This document shows positions 23,317 to 33,823 of a stretch of 63,103 nt of DNA, piece after piece. Source of the DNA: Bacteroidaceae bacterium (lineage in GTDB: Bacteria; Bacillota; Clostridia; Oscillospirales; Oscillospiraceae); NCBI GenBank assembly GCA_963613145.1, contig CAVDXW010000001.1, forward strand, positions 1 through 63,103. The letters are read 5' to 3'. Below the pieces are notes generated by a model. The model did no database searches. It was not told the origin of the DNA and saw only the letters and a program-made list of their open reading frames with translations. The translations under genes and the position numbers were made by a program. Position 1 is the first letter of the stretch, and the number at the start of each line of letters is the position of its first letter.

Positions 23317-24639
23317 ATGCTTGACATTAAATTCATTCGGGAGAATCCCGAAATCGTAAAGGAGAATATCCGCAAAAAGTTCCAAAACGCCAAGCTGCCG
23401 CTGGTGGACGAGGTGATCGCGCTGGACGCGGAGCGGCGCGAGGCCATCAACGAGGGCGAAGCTCTCAAGGCCGAGCGCAACAAGCTGTCCAAGGCGAACG
23501 GTCCGCTGTTCGGCAAGCTGAAAAAGTGCGTGGACGAGGCGGAGAAGGCGATCTTGCAGGCGGAGATTGACGCGAACAACGCCGCCGTGAAAGCTAACGC
23601 CGAGCGCATGGCGCGGCTGGAGGAGAAGAAGGCGAAGGCGGAGGCCGCGATGAACAAGCTGCTGCTCGTCATCCCGCAGCTCATCGACGAGAGTGTACCC
23701 ATCGGCGAGGACGACAGCCATAATGTCGAGGTCGAGCGTTTCGGCGAGCCGAAAACGCCGGATTTTGACATCCCCTACCACACCGACATCATGGAGCGGT
23801 TTGACGGCATCGACATGGACGCCGCCGCCCGCGTCAGCGGTCAGGGGTTCTACTATCTGATGGGCGACATTGCGCGGCTGCACTCCGCCGTCACTGCCTA
23901 CGGCCGCGATTTCATGATCGACAAGGGCTTCACCTACTGCATTCCGCCGTTCATGATTCACGGCAATGTAGTGGAGGGCGTGATGAGCCAGACCGACATG
24001 GATGCCATGATGTACAAAATTGAGGGCGAGGATCTCTACCTCATCGGCACGAGCGAACACTCGATGATCGGCAAGTTCATTGATCAGATTCTGCCGGAGG
24101 ACAAGCTGCCGCAGACGCTGACCTCCTACTCCCCCTGCTTCCGCAAGGAGAAGGGCGCGCACGGCATCGAGGAGCGCGGCGTATACCGCATCCACCAGTT
24201 TGAAAAGCAGGAGATGATCGTAGTCTGCAAGCCCGAGGATTCCAAAGCGTGGTATGAGAAGATGTGGCGGTACAGCGTGGAGCTGTTCCGCTCGCTGGAC
24301 ATCCCCGTGCGGCAGCTGGAATGCTGCTCCGGCGATCTCGCCGATTTGAAGTGCAAGTCCTGCGACATCGAGGCGTGGTCACCCCGCCAGCAGAAGTATT
24401 TCGAGGTTTGCTCGTGCTCCAATCTCGGTGATGCGCAGGCGCGGCGGCTGAAAATCCGCGTGCGCGGCGAGGACGGAAAGCTGTACCTGCCGCACACACT
24501 GAATAACACCGTGGTCGCGCCGCCGCGTATGCTGATCGCCCTGCTGGAGAATAATTTGCAGGCCGACGGCTCGGTGCTTGTACCCAAGGCATTGCAGCCC
24601 TACATGGGCGGAAAAGAGCGGCTTGTGCCGCTGCGCTGA
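23317..24639 (+). CDS. serS: serine--tRNA ligase
   Basis: MLDIKFIRENP, YLIGTSEH, CFRKEKG...RIHQFEKQE, HTLNNT. Confidence 0.96.
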   Translation: MLDIKFIRENPEIVKENIRKKFQNAKLPLVDEVIALDAERREAINEGEALKAERNKLSKANGPLFGKLKKCVDEAEKAILQAEIDANNAAVKANAERMARLEEKKAKAEAAMNKLLLVIPQLIDESVPIGEDDSHNVEVERFGEPKTPDFDIPYHTDIMERFDGIDMDAAARVSGQGFYYLMGDIARLHSAVTAYGRDFMIDKGFTYCIPPFMIHGNVVEGVMSQTDMDAMMYKIEGEDLYLIGTSEHSMIGKFIDQILPEDKLPQTLTSYSPCFRKEKGAHGIEERGVYRIHQFEKQEMIVVCKPEDSKAWYEKMWRYSVELFRSLDIPVRQLECCSGDLADLKCKSCDIEAWSPRQQKYFEVCSCSNLGDAQARRLKIRVRGEDGKLYLPHTLNNTVVAPPRMLIALLENNLQADGSVLVPKALQPYMGGKERLVPLR

Positions 24640-24690
24640 TTGCATATTGCTATATTTTTGGCATATTATACTCTGCGTATAGGAGCTTAG

Positions 24691-25140
24691 ATGAAAATGA
24701 AGAAGTTTTTGAATGAATTTAAGGAATTTGCCATGCGCGGCAATGTGCTGGACATGGCCGTCGGCGTGGTCATCGGTACTGCATTCGGCAAGATTACGAC
24801 CTCGCTGGTGAACGATGTGTTCATGCCGCTGCTCGGTCTGCTCATCGGCGGCATCGACCTCGGCCACCTGAACATCGTACTGAAAGCAGCGGTCCTGGAC
24901 GGGGACACGGTAGTAAAGGACGCGGTCACGCTCGGTATCGGCACCTTCCTGAGCACGGTCATCGACTTCGTGCTGGTGGCGTTCGTCATTTTCCTGATGG
25001 TCAAGGCCATGAACCAGCTGCATAAGCTGGCGAAAAAGAAGGAGGAAGAGCAGAAGACCGCCGCGCCGGAGGAGGCCAAGCCCACGAGCGAGGAGCTGCT
25101 GACGGAGATACGCGACCTGCTGAAAGAGCAGCGGAAATGA
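24691..25140 (+). CDS. mscL: large-conductance mechanosensitive channel
   Basis: [33 protein letters not shown]. Confidence 0.97.
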   Translation: MKMKKFLNEFKEFAMRGNVLDMAVGVVIGTAFGKITTSLVNDVFMPLLGLLIGGIDLGHLNIVLKAAVLDGDTVVKDAVTLGIGTFLSTVIDFVLVAFVIFLMVKAMNQLHKLAKKKEEEQKTAAPEEAKPTSEELLTEIRDLLKEQRK

Positions 25141-25835
25141 GGGAACTGCTGACCGCCGGTCTGACCGAGCTGGGGCTGGACACCGCCGCCGTGCCCGCAC
25201 TGGAGCGGTACGCCGCCCTGCTGCTGGAGAAAAATCGCGTGATGAACCTGACCGCCATCACGGACGAGCGGGATGTCGCGACGCTGCACCTGCTGGACTG
25301 CGCCGCGCTGCTCAGGTATCTCGACCTGACGGGCAGAAGCGTCGTTGATGTGGGCACGGGCGCAGGCTTCCCCGGCATGGTGCTGGCCATCCTCTCCCCT
25401 GCCGCGCAGTTTACGCTGCTGGACAGTCTGGGCAAGCGGGTGGACTTCCTGCGCGAGGTGTGTACGGAGCTGGGACTGCAAAATGTCAGCTGTGTCCACG
25501 ACCGCGCCGAGGCGTTCGCCGCCGCGCACCGCGAGACATATGATTTGGCGGTTTCCCGCGCCGTGGCGCAGCTGAATGTCCTGTGTGAGCTGACACTGCC
25601 GTTGGTGAAGGTGGGCGGCACATTCGCCGCCATGAAGTCCGTCTCGTCCAATGAGGAGATACGCCGCGCCCACAGCGCGATAGCACAGCTCGGCGGACGG
25701 CTCGGCGCAAGCACGGACTATACCGTGCCGCAGACGGAGGTCGTACACCGTATCGTGCGCATCGAAAAGACAGAGCGCACGCCAAAGCAATTCCCGCGGG
25801 CGTTCGCCCGCATCAAGAAAGCACCGCTGCTTTGA
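25137..25835 (+). CDS. rsmG: 16S rRNA m7G527 methyltransferase
   Basis: [29 protein letters not shown]. Confidence 0.95.
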   Translation: MRELLTAGLTELGLDTAAVPALERYAALLLEKNRVMNLTAITDERDVATLHLLDCAALLRYLDLTGRSVVDVGTGAGFPGMVLAILSPAAQFTLLDSLGKRVDFLREVCTELGLQNVSCVHDRAEAFAAAHRETYDLAVSRAVAQLNVLCELTLPLVKVGGTFAAMKSVSSNEEIRRAHSAIAQLGGRLGASTDYTVPQTEVVHRIVRIEKTERTPKQFPRAFARIKKAPLL

Positions 25836-25858
25836 GCGGTGTGGAGAGGAGAGAGCCT

Positions 25859-26596
25859 ATGGGCAAAATCATTGCCGTGGTGTCCGGCAAGGGCGGCACA
25901 GGCAAGACCAGCTTCACGGCGAACACCGCGCTGGCACTGGCGAGCATGGGGCAGCAGGTGCTGTGCATGGACTGCGACATCACCCTGCGCAACCTCGACC
26001 TCGCTCTGGGGCTGAGCGACAGGGCACTGATGGACTTTTCCGATGTGCTGGAGGGTCGCTGCGCCCTGCACGATGCCGCCGTGCGCCACGAGAAGTACCC
26101 CTCCCTCTCCCTGCTGACAGCACCGATGGCGGACAAGCCGCTGAATCTGTCGATACCGCAGGTGCAATCGCTGGCGCATGAGATACGCGGGAGCTACGAC
26201 TGGTGTCTCATCGATGCGCCGGCGGGACTGGGGCAGGGCTTCCGGATGGCAGCATGTATGGCCGATCAGGTGGTGGTCATCACAACGACGGATGTGTCCG
26301 CCATGCGGGACGCGCAGCGCACCGCCGCAGAGCTGTCCGCCTTTCCCAACGGGACGGTACATCTGGTGGTCGGCCGCGTGTCAAAGAAAATGCTGCGGCA
26401 GCTGCACACCACCATCGACGATGCGATAGACGCGGCGGGTCTGCCGCTGCTGGGCGTGGTGCCGGAGGACCCCGATGTACCCTTCTGCCTCAATCAGGGG
26501 GCGGTGCTGCGGGAGCGCAACTACTACGCCGCCCGCGCCTACGAAAACATCGCCAAACGCATCATGGGCAAAAAAATGCCTCTGATGAAAATATAA
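25859..26596 (+). CDS. minD: septum site-determining ATPase MinD
   Basis: VSGKGGTGKT, LRNLDLALG, IDAPAG, YENIAKRIMG. Confidence 0.9.
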   Translation: MGKIIAVVSGKGGTGKTSFTANTALALASMGQQVLCMDCDITLRNLDLALGLSDRALMDFSDVLEGRCALHDAAVRHEKYPSLSLLTAPMADKPLNLSIPQVQSLAHEIRGSYDWCLIDAPAGLGQGFRMAACMADQVVVITTTDVSAMRDAQRTAAELSAFPNGTVHLVVGRVSKKMLRQLHTTIDDAIDAAGLPLLGVVPEDPDVPFCLNQGAVLRERNYYAARAYENIAKRIMGKKMPLMKI

Positions 26597-26614
26597 GACG
26601 GGAAGGAGCTTTCT

Positions 26615-27031
26615 ATGAATATTGCATTGATTGCACACGACAACCGCAAGGAGCTGATGGTGCAGTTCTGCACCGCCTACTGCGGCATTTTCGCCAAACA
26701 CACCCTCTGCGCCACCGCCCGCACCGGCCAGCAGATCGCCGACGCCACGGGGCTGACCATACACCGCTTTTTATCCTTCGCCCACGGCGGCGGACAGCAG
26801 ATTGCCGCACGCATTGCCTACAACGAAATCGACATGGTGCTGTGCTTCGGCGACCCCAACCAGAAGTCGCCCGATGCGGACATCGCCTATATCTCGCGCC
26901 TGTGCGACCAGAACAATGTGCCCTTTGCCAGCAATCTGGCAACGGCGGAGATGCTGGTGCTGGGGCTGGATCGCGGCGACCTCGACTGGCGCGACATCGT
27001 GAACCCCAAGAGCAAGCCGTTCACGGCGTGA
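26615..27031 (+). CDS. mgsA: methylglyoxal synthase
   Basis: MNIALIAHD, GGGQQIAARI, LCDQNNVPFASNLATAE. Confidence 0.92.
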   Translation: MNIALIAHDNRKELMVQFCTAYCGIFAKHTLCATARTGQQIADATGLTIHRFLSFAHGGGQQIAARIAYNEIDMVLCFGDPNQKSPDADIAYISRLCDQNNVPFASNLATAEMLVLGLDRGDLDWRDIVNPKSKPFTA

Positions 27032-27142
27032 CGAAGCAAACGGTGCGGGTTTGTTCCATATGCATTGCAGACCCGCAAAAATATAGAGCTTTTCGCACTG
27101 CCCGCCCTTGACAACCCGCAGGAAATCGCATACAATAGTCCG

Positions 27143-27377
27143 TAACCGTGCAGACCTCGCAGGAGTAGCCTGTACACCGCCGCTGCAAGAGAGGTGCGTC
27201 CCCGGCTGAAAGCGCACTGCGGTAAGGAGCAGGTCAAGACAGCGAGCGAGCGGGGATGGAAACATCCACGGCGCGCTCCCCGTAACAGGAGCATCGAAAG
27301 GGCCGCGAGGCCGAATTTGGGTGGCACCACGAAGCGTAGGAACGCTCTCGTCCCAAGGCGGGACGGGAGCGTTTTTT
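27143..27377 (+). ncRNA. T-box riboswitch, predicted Asp-responsive
   Basis: promoter TTGACA(27108)-17-TACAAT; AG box, GCTG loop, candidate specifier GAC 27238-27240, T-box AATTTGGGTGGCACCACG (UGGC pairs GCCA), terminator 27341-27377. Confidence 0.9.
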
Positions 27378-27404
27378 CCGTACCACACAGAAAAGGAGAA
27401 CGCC

Positions 27405-27884
27405 ATGCACGCTGTTTTAGATTTCATCAACACCCACATCTACGACATTTTCATCCCACTGACGGCACTGGGCGTGCTGCGGCTTGCCGTGTGCCTGCTG
27501 CAATTGAAGCACAGCGCCGCGCTGCGGGAGAAAAAGGGCGTGTACCACGCCGTCCGCAAGAGCTATACGGAGATCGGCGTGTGGCTCGGCGCGATAGTCG
27601 GCCTCGTGTGCGCACTGGTTCTGCCGAAGGTGTGGTTTGTCTGGCTTGTGCTGGCGGCCGCGCTGGGCGTACTCGGTGGAAAGCAGGGTGAAAAGCGCGG
27701 CGCGGAGGCGGACGCGATGTACCGCGAGATCGCGCTGGAGCTAAAGCGCGAGGCTGAGGCCGATGCCGCACGGGAGGCCGCGTCCCACACGATGGAGAGC
27801 GGCGCGGAGGCACTGCCCGAAATGACGGAAAATACGGAAATCACCGATACTACCGAGGATAAAGGAGAAACGGAAAATGGCTGA
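27405..27884 (+). CDS. hypothetical membrane protein (about 3 TM, acidic tail)
   Basis: RBS AAGGAG, hydrophobic segments, stop overlaps hisS start region. Confidence 0.75.
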   Translation: MHAVLDFINTHIYDIFIPLTALGVLRLAVCLLQLKHSAALREKKGVYHAVRKSYTEIGVWLGAIVGLVCALVLPKVWFVWLVLAAALGVLGGKQGEKRGAEADAMYREIALELKREAEADAAREAASHTMESGAEALPEMTENTEITDTTEDKGETENG

Positions 27885-29235
27885 AATGACACCCCGCACC
27901 CTGTCGGGCTTTATGGAGCTGCTGCCCCGTCCGCAGCAGCAGATGGAGCGCATGATGGAGATCCTGCGCCGCACCTACTCCCTGTACGGCTTCACGCCGC
28001 TGGACACGCCGGTCATCGAGGCGGCGGAGGTGCTGCTGGCCAAGGGCGGCGGCGAGACGGAGAAGCAGATATACCGTTTCAGCAAGGGCGATGCCGACCT
28101 CGCGCTGCGGTTTGATTTGACCGTGCCGCTGGCGAAGTATGTCGCCCTGCACTACAACGACCTGTCCTTCCCCTTCCGGCGCTATCAGATCGGCAAGGTC
28201 TATCGCGGCGAGCGCGCCCAGCGCGGACGGTTCCGCGAGTTCTATCAGGCGGATATTGATGTCATCGGCGACGGGAAGCTGGACATCACCAACGAAGCGG
28301 AGATGCCCGCCATCATCTATCGGGCGTTCAGTGAGCTGGGGCTGAAGCGGTTCTGCATCCGCGTGAACAACCGCCGCATACTCAACGGGTTTTACGCCAT
28401 GCTGGGGCTGACGGAGCAGTCGGGCGACATCATGCGCACGGTGGACAAGCTGGATAAAATCGGCGCGGACAAGGTGCGCACCCTGCTGACCGATGAGGTG
28501 GGCGTGTCCGCCGAAAACGCGGACGAGATTCTGAGGTTTATCGCCATCGCCGGCAGCAACGACGCGGTGCTCGCCGCGCTGGAGGGCTATACGGGGCGCA
28601 GCGATGTCTTTGACGAGGGGCTGGAGCAGCTCAAGACCGTGGTGAGGTATCTCTCCGCCTTCGGTGTGCCGGAGGAGAACTTCGCCGTTGACCTGACCAT
28701 CGCACGCGGACTGGACTACTACACCGGCACGGTGTACGAGACGATACTGCCGGAGCATCCGGAGATCGGTTCTGTCTGCTCCGGCGGGCGGTACGACAAT
28801 CTGGCGGAATATTACACCGACAGGCAGCTGCCCGGCGTGGGTATCTCCATCGGGCTGACGCGGCTTTTCTATGTGCTGGGCGAGCAGGGTATGCTCAACG
28901 GCGAGCTGCCCACCGCGCCCGCCGATGTGCTGATACTGCCGATGACGGACGACCTCTCCGCCGCCGTAACGCTGGCCACACGGCTGCGGGACGCGGGCGT
29001 GCGCACCCAGCTGTACACCGAGCAGAAGAAGTTCAAGGCCAAGATGAGCTACGCCGACAAAATCGGCGTGCCGTATGTGGTGTTCCTCGGCGAGGACGAG
29101 GTGAAAAGCGGCGTGATTGCCTGCAAGGACATGACCAGCGGCGAGCAGACCACGCTGGACTTTGACGCGACCCTTGCGCGTATTCAGGCAGGGCTGGCGG
29201 AGCGGAACAAGGGGAAGGTTATTGTAGAGAAGTAA
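27877..29235 (+). CDS. hisS: histidine--tRNA ligase
   Basis: LRFDLTVP, GRFREFYQAD, RGLDYYTG, GGRYDNL. Confidence 0.97.
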   Translation: MAEMTPRTLSGFMELLPRPQQQMERMMEILRRTYSLYGFTPLDTPVIEAAEVLLAKGGGETEKQIYRFSKGDADLALRFDLTVPLAKYVALHYNDLSFPFRRYQIGKVYRGERAQRGRFREFYQADIDVIGDGKLDITNEAEMPAIIYRAFSELGLKRFCIRVNNRRILNGFYAMLGLTEQSGDIMRTVDKLDKIGADKVRTLLTDEVGVSAENADEILRFIAIAGSNDAVLAALEGYTGRSDVFDEGLEQLKTVVRYLSAFGVPEENFAVDLTIARGLDYYTGTVYETILPEHPEIGSVCSGGRYDNLAEYYTDRQLPGVGISIGLTRLFYVLGEQGMLNGELPTAPADVLILPMTDDLSAAVTLATRLRDAGVRTQLYTEQKKFKAKMSYADKIGVPYVVFLGEDEVKSGVIACKDMTSGEQTTLDFDATLARIQAGLAERNKGKVIVEK

Positions 29236-29298
29236 TAGCAAATTGTAATATTTAATGCGAATTATACAATCCATTATCGGAAATAGGAGGATACAACG

Positions 29299-31077
29299 AT
29301 GATGCAGATGCGTACACATACCTGCAACGAGCTGCGGCTCGGTGATGTGGGCAAGTCCGTGAAGATCGTGGGCTGGATGGAGAATGTCCGCACCGTGGGA
29401 CAGAACTTCGCCTTCGTGGTGCTGCGCGACTTCTACGGCACGACACAGGTGGTGGTGGAGTCCGAGGAGATGATGGCCGTCATCAACGGGCTGAACAAGG
29501 AGAGCACCATCTCCGTGGAGGGCACTGTCCGCGAGCGGGCGAGCAAAAACCCCAAGCAGGCCACGGGCGACATTGAGGTCGTGCCCGCCAGAATCGAGGT
29601 ACTGGGCCGCTGCCGCTACAACTCCCTGCCGTTCGAGATCAACCGCAGCCGCGAGGCGGACGAGACGGCGCGGCTGAAGTACCGTTATCTCGATTTGCGC
29701 AACCCCGCCGTGAAGCAGAACATCATCCTGCGCTGCCAGGTCGTCGCCGCGCTGCGCGCCGCCATGACCGAGCACGGCTTTCTGGAGATCACCACGCCCA
29801 TCCTGACCGCCAGCTCCCCGGAGGGGGCACGGGACTATCTCGTGCCCGCCCGCAAGCACCCCGGCAAGTTCTACGCGCTGCCGCAGGCTCCCCAGCAGTT
29901 CAAGCAGCTGCTGATGACCTCCGGCTTTGACCGCTATTTCCAGATCGCGCCCTGCTTCCGCGACGAGGACGCACGCGGCGACCGCTCCCCCGGCGAGTTC
30001 TATCAGCTCGACATGGAGATGGCCTTCGCCACGCAGGACGACATCTTCGCCGTGCTGGAGGATGTGCTGCCGCCCATCTTCGCCAGATTCGGCACCTACA
30101 ATGTCGCGTCCTCCGCGCCGTTCCGCCGCATCCCCTACAACACGGCGATGGCGACCTACGGCTCGGACAAGCCCGACCTGCGCATCGACCTGACGAGCAA
30201 GGATGTGACCTCCCTGTTCGCAGACTGCGCGTTTGACGCCCTCAAGGGGCAAACCGTCAAGATGGTGGACATCACCGACTGCGCCCTCACCCGCAAGCAG
30301 GTGGAGAAGCTGCTGACCGACTGCGAGGTGCAGTCCGGCAGCAAGGCGTACTGGTTCAAGGCGGACGAAAACGGTGAGCTCGCCGGCGGTATCGCCAAGT
30401 TCGTCGCGCCCGTGAAGGACGAGCTGGCCAAGGTGCTCGACCTCAAGCCGAACACGCTGGTGGTCGTCGCGGCGGGCGAATACGCTACCAAGTCCGTGGG
30501 CGTGCTCATCAAGACCTTCGGCGCGGCGTGTGAGAATCACTTCGACAGGGAGCGGTACGAGTTCTGCTGGATCGTGGACTTCCCCATGTACGAAATCGGC
30601 GACGAGAGCGGCGAGCTGGAGTTCTGCCACAACCCGTTCTCGATGCCCAACGGCGGCATGGAGGTGCTGCTCAAGGCCGAGCGCGGCGAGATCGACCCGC
30701 TGGACATCTACGCCAACCAGTACGACCTCGTGTGCAACGGCGTAGAGCTTTCCTCCGGCGCGGTGCGTAACCACGACCCGGAGATCATGATCAAGGCGTT
30801 CGAGCTGGTGCGGCTGGGCGAGGAGGATGTGAAGAAGAAATTCCCCGCCATGTACAACGCCTTCTGCTACGGTGCGCCTCCCCATGCGGGTATCGCCCCT
30901 GGCGTGGATCGCATGGTCATGCTGCTGGCGGGCGAGAGCTCCATCCGCGAGATCATCCCCTTCCCCATGAACAAGAACGCACAGGACATTATGATGGGCG
31001 CACCGTCCGCCGTGGAGCAAAAGCAGCTCGATGAGCTGCATATCGCCATCGTGGGCGAAACGGAGAAGGACGCGTAA
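29299..31077 (+). CDS. aspS: aspartate--tRNA ligase
   Basis: MRTHTCNEL, YRYLDLR, FYALPQAPQQFKQLLM, GAPPHAG. Confidence 0.97.
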   Translation: MMQMRTHTCNELRLGDVGKSVKIVGWMENVRTVGQNFAFVVLRDFYGTTQVVVESEEMMAVINGLNKESTISVEGTVRERASKNPKQATGDIEVVPARIEVLGRCRYNSLPFEINRSREADETARLKYRYLDLRNPAVKQNIILRCQVVAALRAAMTEHGFLEITTPILTASSPEGARDYLVPARKHPGKFYALPQAPQQFKQLLMTSGFDRYFQIAPCFRDEDARGDRSPGEFYQLDMEMAFATQDDIFAVLEDVLPPIFARFGTYNVASSAPFRRIPYNTAMATYGSDKPDLRIDLTSKDVTSLFADCAFDALKGQTVKMVDITDCALTRKQVEKLLTDCEVQSGSKAYWFKADENGELAGGIAKFVAPVKDELAKVLDLKPNTLVVVAAGEYATKSVGVLIKTFGAACENHFDRERYEFCWIVDFPMYEIGDESGELEFCHNPFSMPNGGMEVLLKAERGEIDPLDIYANQYDLVCNGVELSSGAVRNHDPEIMIKAFELVRLGEEDVKKKFPAMYNAFCYGAPPHAGIAPGVDRMVMLLAGESSIREIIPFPMNKNAQDIMMGAPSAVEQKQLDELHIAIVGETEKDA

Positions 31078-32225
31078 TGGAAACCGTCAGGCTCTACTAC
31101 GAAAACGCCTTTACGCGGGAGTTCACCGCAGCGGTGCTCTCGTGCGAGGCGGTCAGGGGCGGCTATGCCGTGACGCTCGACCGCACGGCGTTCTACCCCG
31201 AGGGCGGCGGTCAACCCGCCGACCACGGGACGCTGGGGGACGCGCAGGTGCTCGATGTCCGCGAAAAGGACGGCAGCATCACGCACCTATGCGACCGCGC
31301 ACTGCCCGTGGGCGGCAGTGTGGCGGGTGCTCTCGACTGGGCGCGGCGGTTCGACCACATGCAGCAGCACTCCGGCGAGCACATCGTGTCGGGGATGCTG
31401 TGCAGCGCGTTCCACTGCGACAATGTGGGCTTTCACATGGGCGCGGACACCGTGACCATCGACTACAACGCCGAAATACCGTGGGAGCAGGTGCTGGAGA
31501 TCGAGCACCGTGCCAACCGCTACATCTGGGAAGACCATCCGGTGCATATCTGGTATCCCACAGCGGCGGAGCTGGCCGCCCTCCCCTACCGCAGCAAAAA
31601 GGAGCTGACCGGCGCAGTGCGCATCACGGAGTTCCCCGACGCGGATATGTGCGCCTGCTGCGGGACACATGTGGAGCGAAGCGGGCAGGTCGGCGCGGTG
31701 AAGTTCATCGGCTGGCAGAAATTCCGCGACGGTGTACGGCTGGAGCTGCTGTGCGGCGAGAGGGCGGTGCGGTATCTCTCCGACTGCTGGGAGCAGGCGC
31801 GGCAGATCGGGCAGTCGCTGTCCGTAAAGCCGGAGGTATCCTTTGCAGCCGTGCAGCGCATACAAGCCGAGCTGCTTGCCGCCAGGGAGCGCGCCGCCGC
31901 GCTGGAGGCGCAGTCCTTCGCCCGCATAGCAGAGGACTGCGCGGGAAAGGGCGACACGCTGCTCGTCACCGATGCGCTGGAGGGCGACGGTGTGCGCCGC
32001 CTGTGCGATGCGGTGGCGCAGAAATGCCTCGGCCGGTGCGCGGTGTTCGCCGGAGAGGACGGCGCGTACCGCTACGCCATTCTCCACGCGGGAGAGGATA
32101 TACGCCCGCTGGTGCAGGCCATGAATGACGCGCTCCACGGGCGCGGCGGCGGGCGCGACGGCTTCGCGCAGGGCAGTGCCGCCTGCACCGCAGACGAGAT
32201 ACGCCGCTTCTTTGACGGGCGGTAA
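31077..32225 (+). CDS. AlaX-like aminoacyl-tRNA editing protein with DHHA1 domain
   Basis: TAFYPEGGGQ, HSGEH and CCGTH zinc motifs, GRGGG. Confidence 0.9.
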   Translation: METVRLYYENAFTREFTAAVLSCEAVRGGYAVTLDRTAFYPEGGGQPADHGTLGDAQVLDVREKDGSITHLCDRALPVGGSVAGALDWARRFDHMQQHSGEHIVSGMLCSAFHCDNVGFHMGADTVTIDYNAEIPWEQVLEIEHRANRYIWEDHPVHIWYPTAAELAALPYRSKKELTGAVRITEFPDADMCACCGTHVERSGQVGAVKFIGWQKFRDGVRLELLCGERAVRYLSDCWEQARQIGQSLSVKPEVSFAAVQRIQAELLAARERAAALEAQSFARIAEDCAGKGDTLLVTDALEGDGVRRLCDAVAQKCLGRCAVFAGEDGAYRYAILHAGEDIRPLVQAMNDALHGRGGGRDGFAQGSAACTADEIRRFFDGR

Positions 32226-32280
32226 TACGGCAAATTACTTCTCCGCCCGAAATATTTGTGCGCAATTTTGCCAAAAATTG

Positions 32281-32318
32281 ACCCTCGGATGTGTGAAAAA
32301 CGCACATTCCGAGGGTTT
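32281..32318 (+). terminator. intrinsic terminator of hisS-aspS-alaX operon
   Basis: ACCCTCGGATGTG...CACATTCCGAGGGTTTT. Confidence 0.7.
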
Positions 32319-32383
32319 TCTTTTTCCACAGGCCGTGTTATACTGGACTGGTTATGAAGTCACCACGAAAGGAAATACCCACT

Positions 32384-33754
32384 ATGCAAAGCGAAAACAA
32401 GCTGGGCGTTATGCCCATTTCCAAGCTGATATGGAACATGTCACTGCCCATCATCATCTCCATGCTGGTCTCCGCGCTGTACAACATCGTGGACAGCGTG
32501 TTCGTCAGCCGCGTCAGCGAGCAGGCTCTCACCGCCGTGTCGCTGGCGTTCCCCGCGCAGAATCTGATGATCGGACTGGCCACGGGAACGGCCGTGGGCG
32601 TGAACGCCCTGATGGGACGCGCCCTCGGCGCGGGACAGCGCGAACGCGCCGACAGCGTTGCCAATCACGGTATCCTGCTGGCGATCGTGGGCTTCGCCGT
32701 CTGCGCGGTGCTGGGCGCGACCTGCTCCGACCTGTTCTTCCGCTCGCAGACGCAGGTGGAGGAGATCATCCAGATGGGCAACGACTACCTGCGTATCGTC
32801 ACCATCGGCTCGCTGGGCATGTTCTGCCAGATCATGTACGAGCGGCTGCTACAGGGCACGGGGCGTTCCATTTTCAGCATGTACACACAGGGGCTGGGTG
32901 CCATCATCAACATCGTCCTCGATCCCGTTTTCATCTTCACGCTGGATATGGGCGTGGCGGGTGCTGCCGTAGCGACCATCATCGGGCAATTCTGCGGCTG
33001 CGCGCTCGCCATGTGGTTCAACCATAAAAAGAACACAGATATTCACCTGTCACCGCGAGGCTTCCGGCCGAATTTCCGGCTCATCGGCGAGATTTACGCC
33101 ATCGGCCTGCCGAGCGTTATCATGGTGGGCATCGGCTCGGTGATGACCTTCCTGATGAACAAGATACTCATCACCTACCACGCCGCGCACGAGACGGCCG
33201 CCACCGCCTTCGGCGTGTACTTCAAGCTCAATTCGTTCATCTTCATGCCCGTGTTCGGCATGAACAACGGCGTGATTCCCATCGTCGCCTACAACTACGG
33301 TGCGCAGAACCGCAGGCGCATGACCGAGACGATCAGGCGCGGCACGCTGTACGCCTCGTGCATCATGCTGTTCGGCATGGTGCTGTTCTGGGCGATACCC
33401 GCCACGCTGCTCAAAACTTTCGACGCAACGGACACCCTGCTGTCAGTGGGCGTCCCCGCGCTGCGGATCATCTCGCTGAGCTTCTGCATGGCGGGCGCGT
33501 GTATCGCGCTGGGGAGCTCGTTTCAGGCGTTGGGCAAGTCGCTGTACTCCATGGTCGTCTCCCTCGTGCGCCAGCTCGTATTCCTCATCCCCATCGCCTA
33601 TGTGCTGGCGCGGTACGGCGCAACGGTGGGCAACAGCAACCTCGTCTGGTGGAGCTATCCCATCGCGGAGATCGCCTCCCTCGCGCTGACGCTCTGCTTC
33701 TTCCGCCACCTGTATAAATCGGTCATCGCCCCGCTGCCCGAGGGGCAGGCGTGA
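32384..33754 (+). CDS. MATE family efflux transporter
   Basis: YNIVDSVFVS, NIVLDPVFIF, GVAGAAVAT; about 12 TM. Confidence 0.93.
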   Translation: MQSENKLGVMPISKLIWNMSLPIIISMLVSALYNIVDSVFVSRVSEQALTAVSLAFPAQNLMIGLATGTAVGVNALMGRALGAGQRERADSVANHGILLAIVGFAVCAVLGATCSDLFFRSQTQVEEIIQMGNDYLRIVTIGSLGMFCQIMYERLLQGTGRSIFSMYTQGLGAIINIVLDPVFIFTLDMGVAGAAVATIIGQFCGCALAMWFNHKKNTDIHLSPRGFRPNFRLIGEIYAIGLPSVIMVGIGSVMTFLMNKILITYHAAHETAATAFGVYFKLNSFIFMPVFGMNNGVIPIVAYNYGAQNRRRMTETIRRGTLYASCIMLFGMVLFWAIPATLLKTFDATDTLLSVGVPALRIISLSFCMAGACIALGSSFQALGKSLYSMVVSLVRQLVFLIPIAYVLARYGATVGNSNLVWWSYPIAEIASLALTLCFFRHLYKSVIAPLPEGQA

Positions 33755-33760
33755 CGAAAC

Positions 33761-33788
33761 GGAACGAAACGGCGCACCGCTCCGTCTA
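33761..33788 (+). promoter_or_regulatory. candidate ECF sigma promoter of lipoprotein gene
   Basis: GGAAC-17 bp-CGTCTA. Confidence 0.45.
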
Positions 33789-33823
33789 TATGTGTACAGA
33801 GACAGAAAAGGAGGTTTTTCCCT

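Noticed and set aside
27850..31041. 1063-aa minus-strand ORF
   Set aside because: Antisense shadow of hisS-aspS; same artefact as 43005-45881 (gyrA/gyrB), 2771-4399, 54988-57249 and 60680-62344
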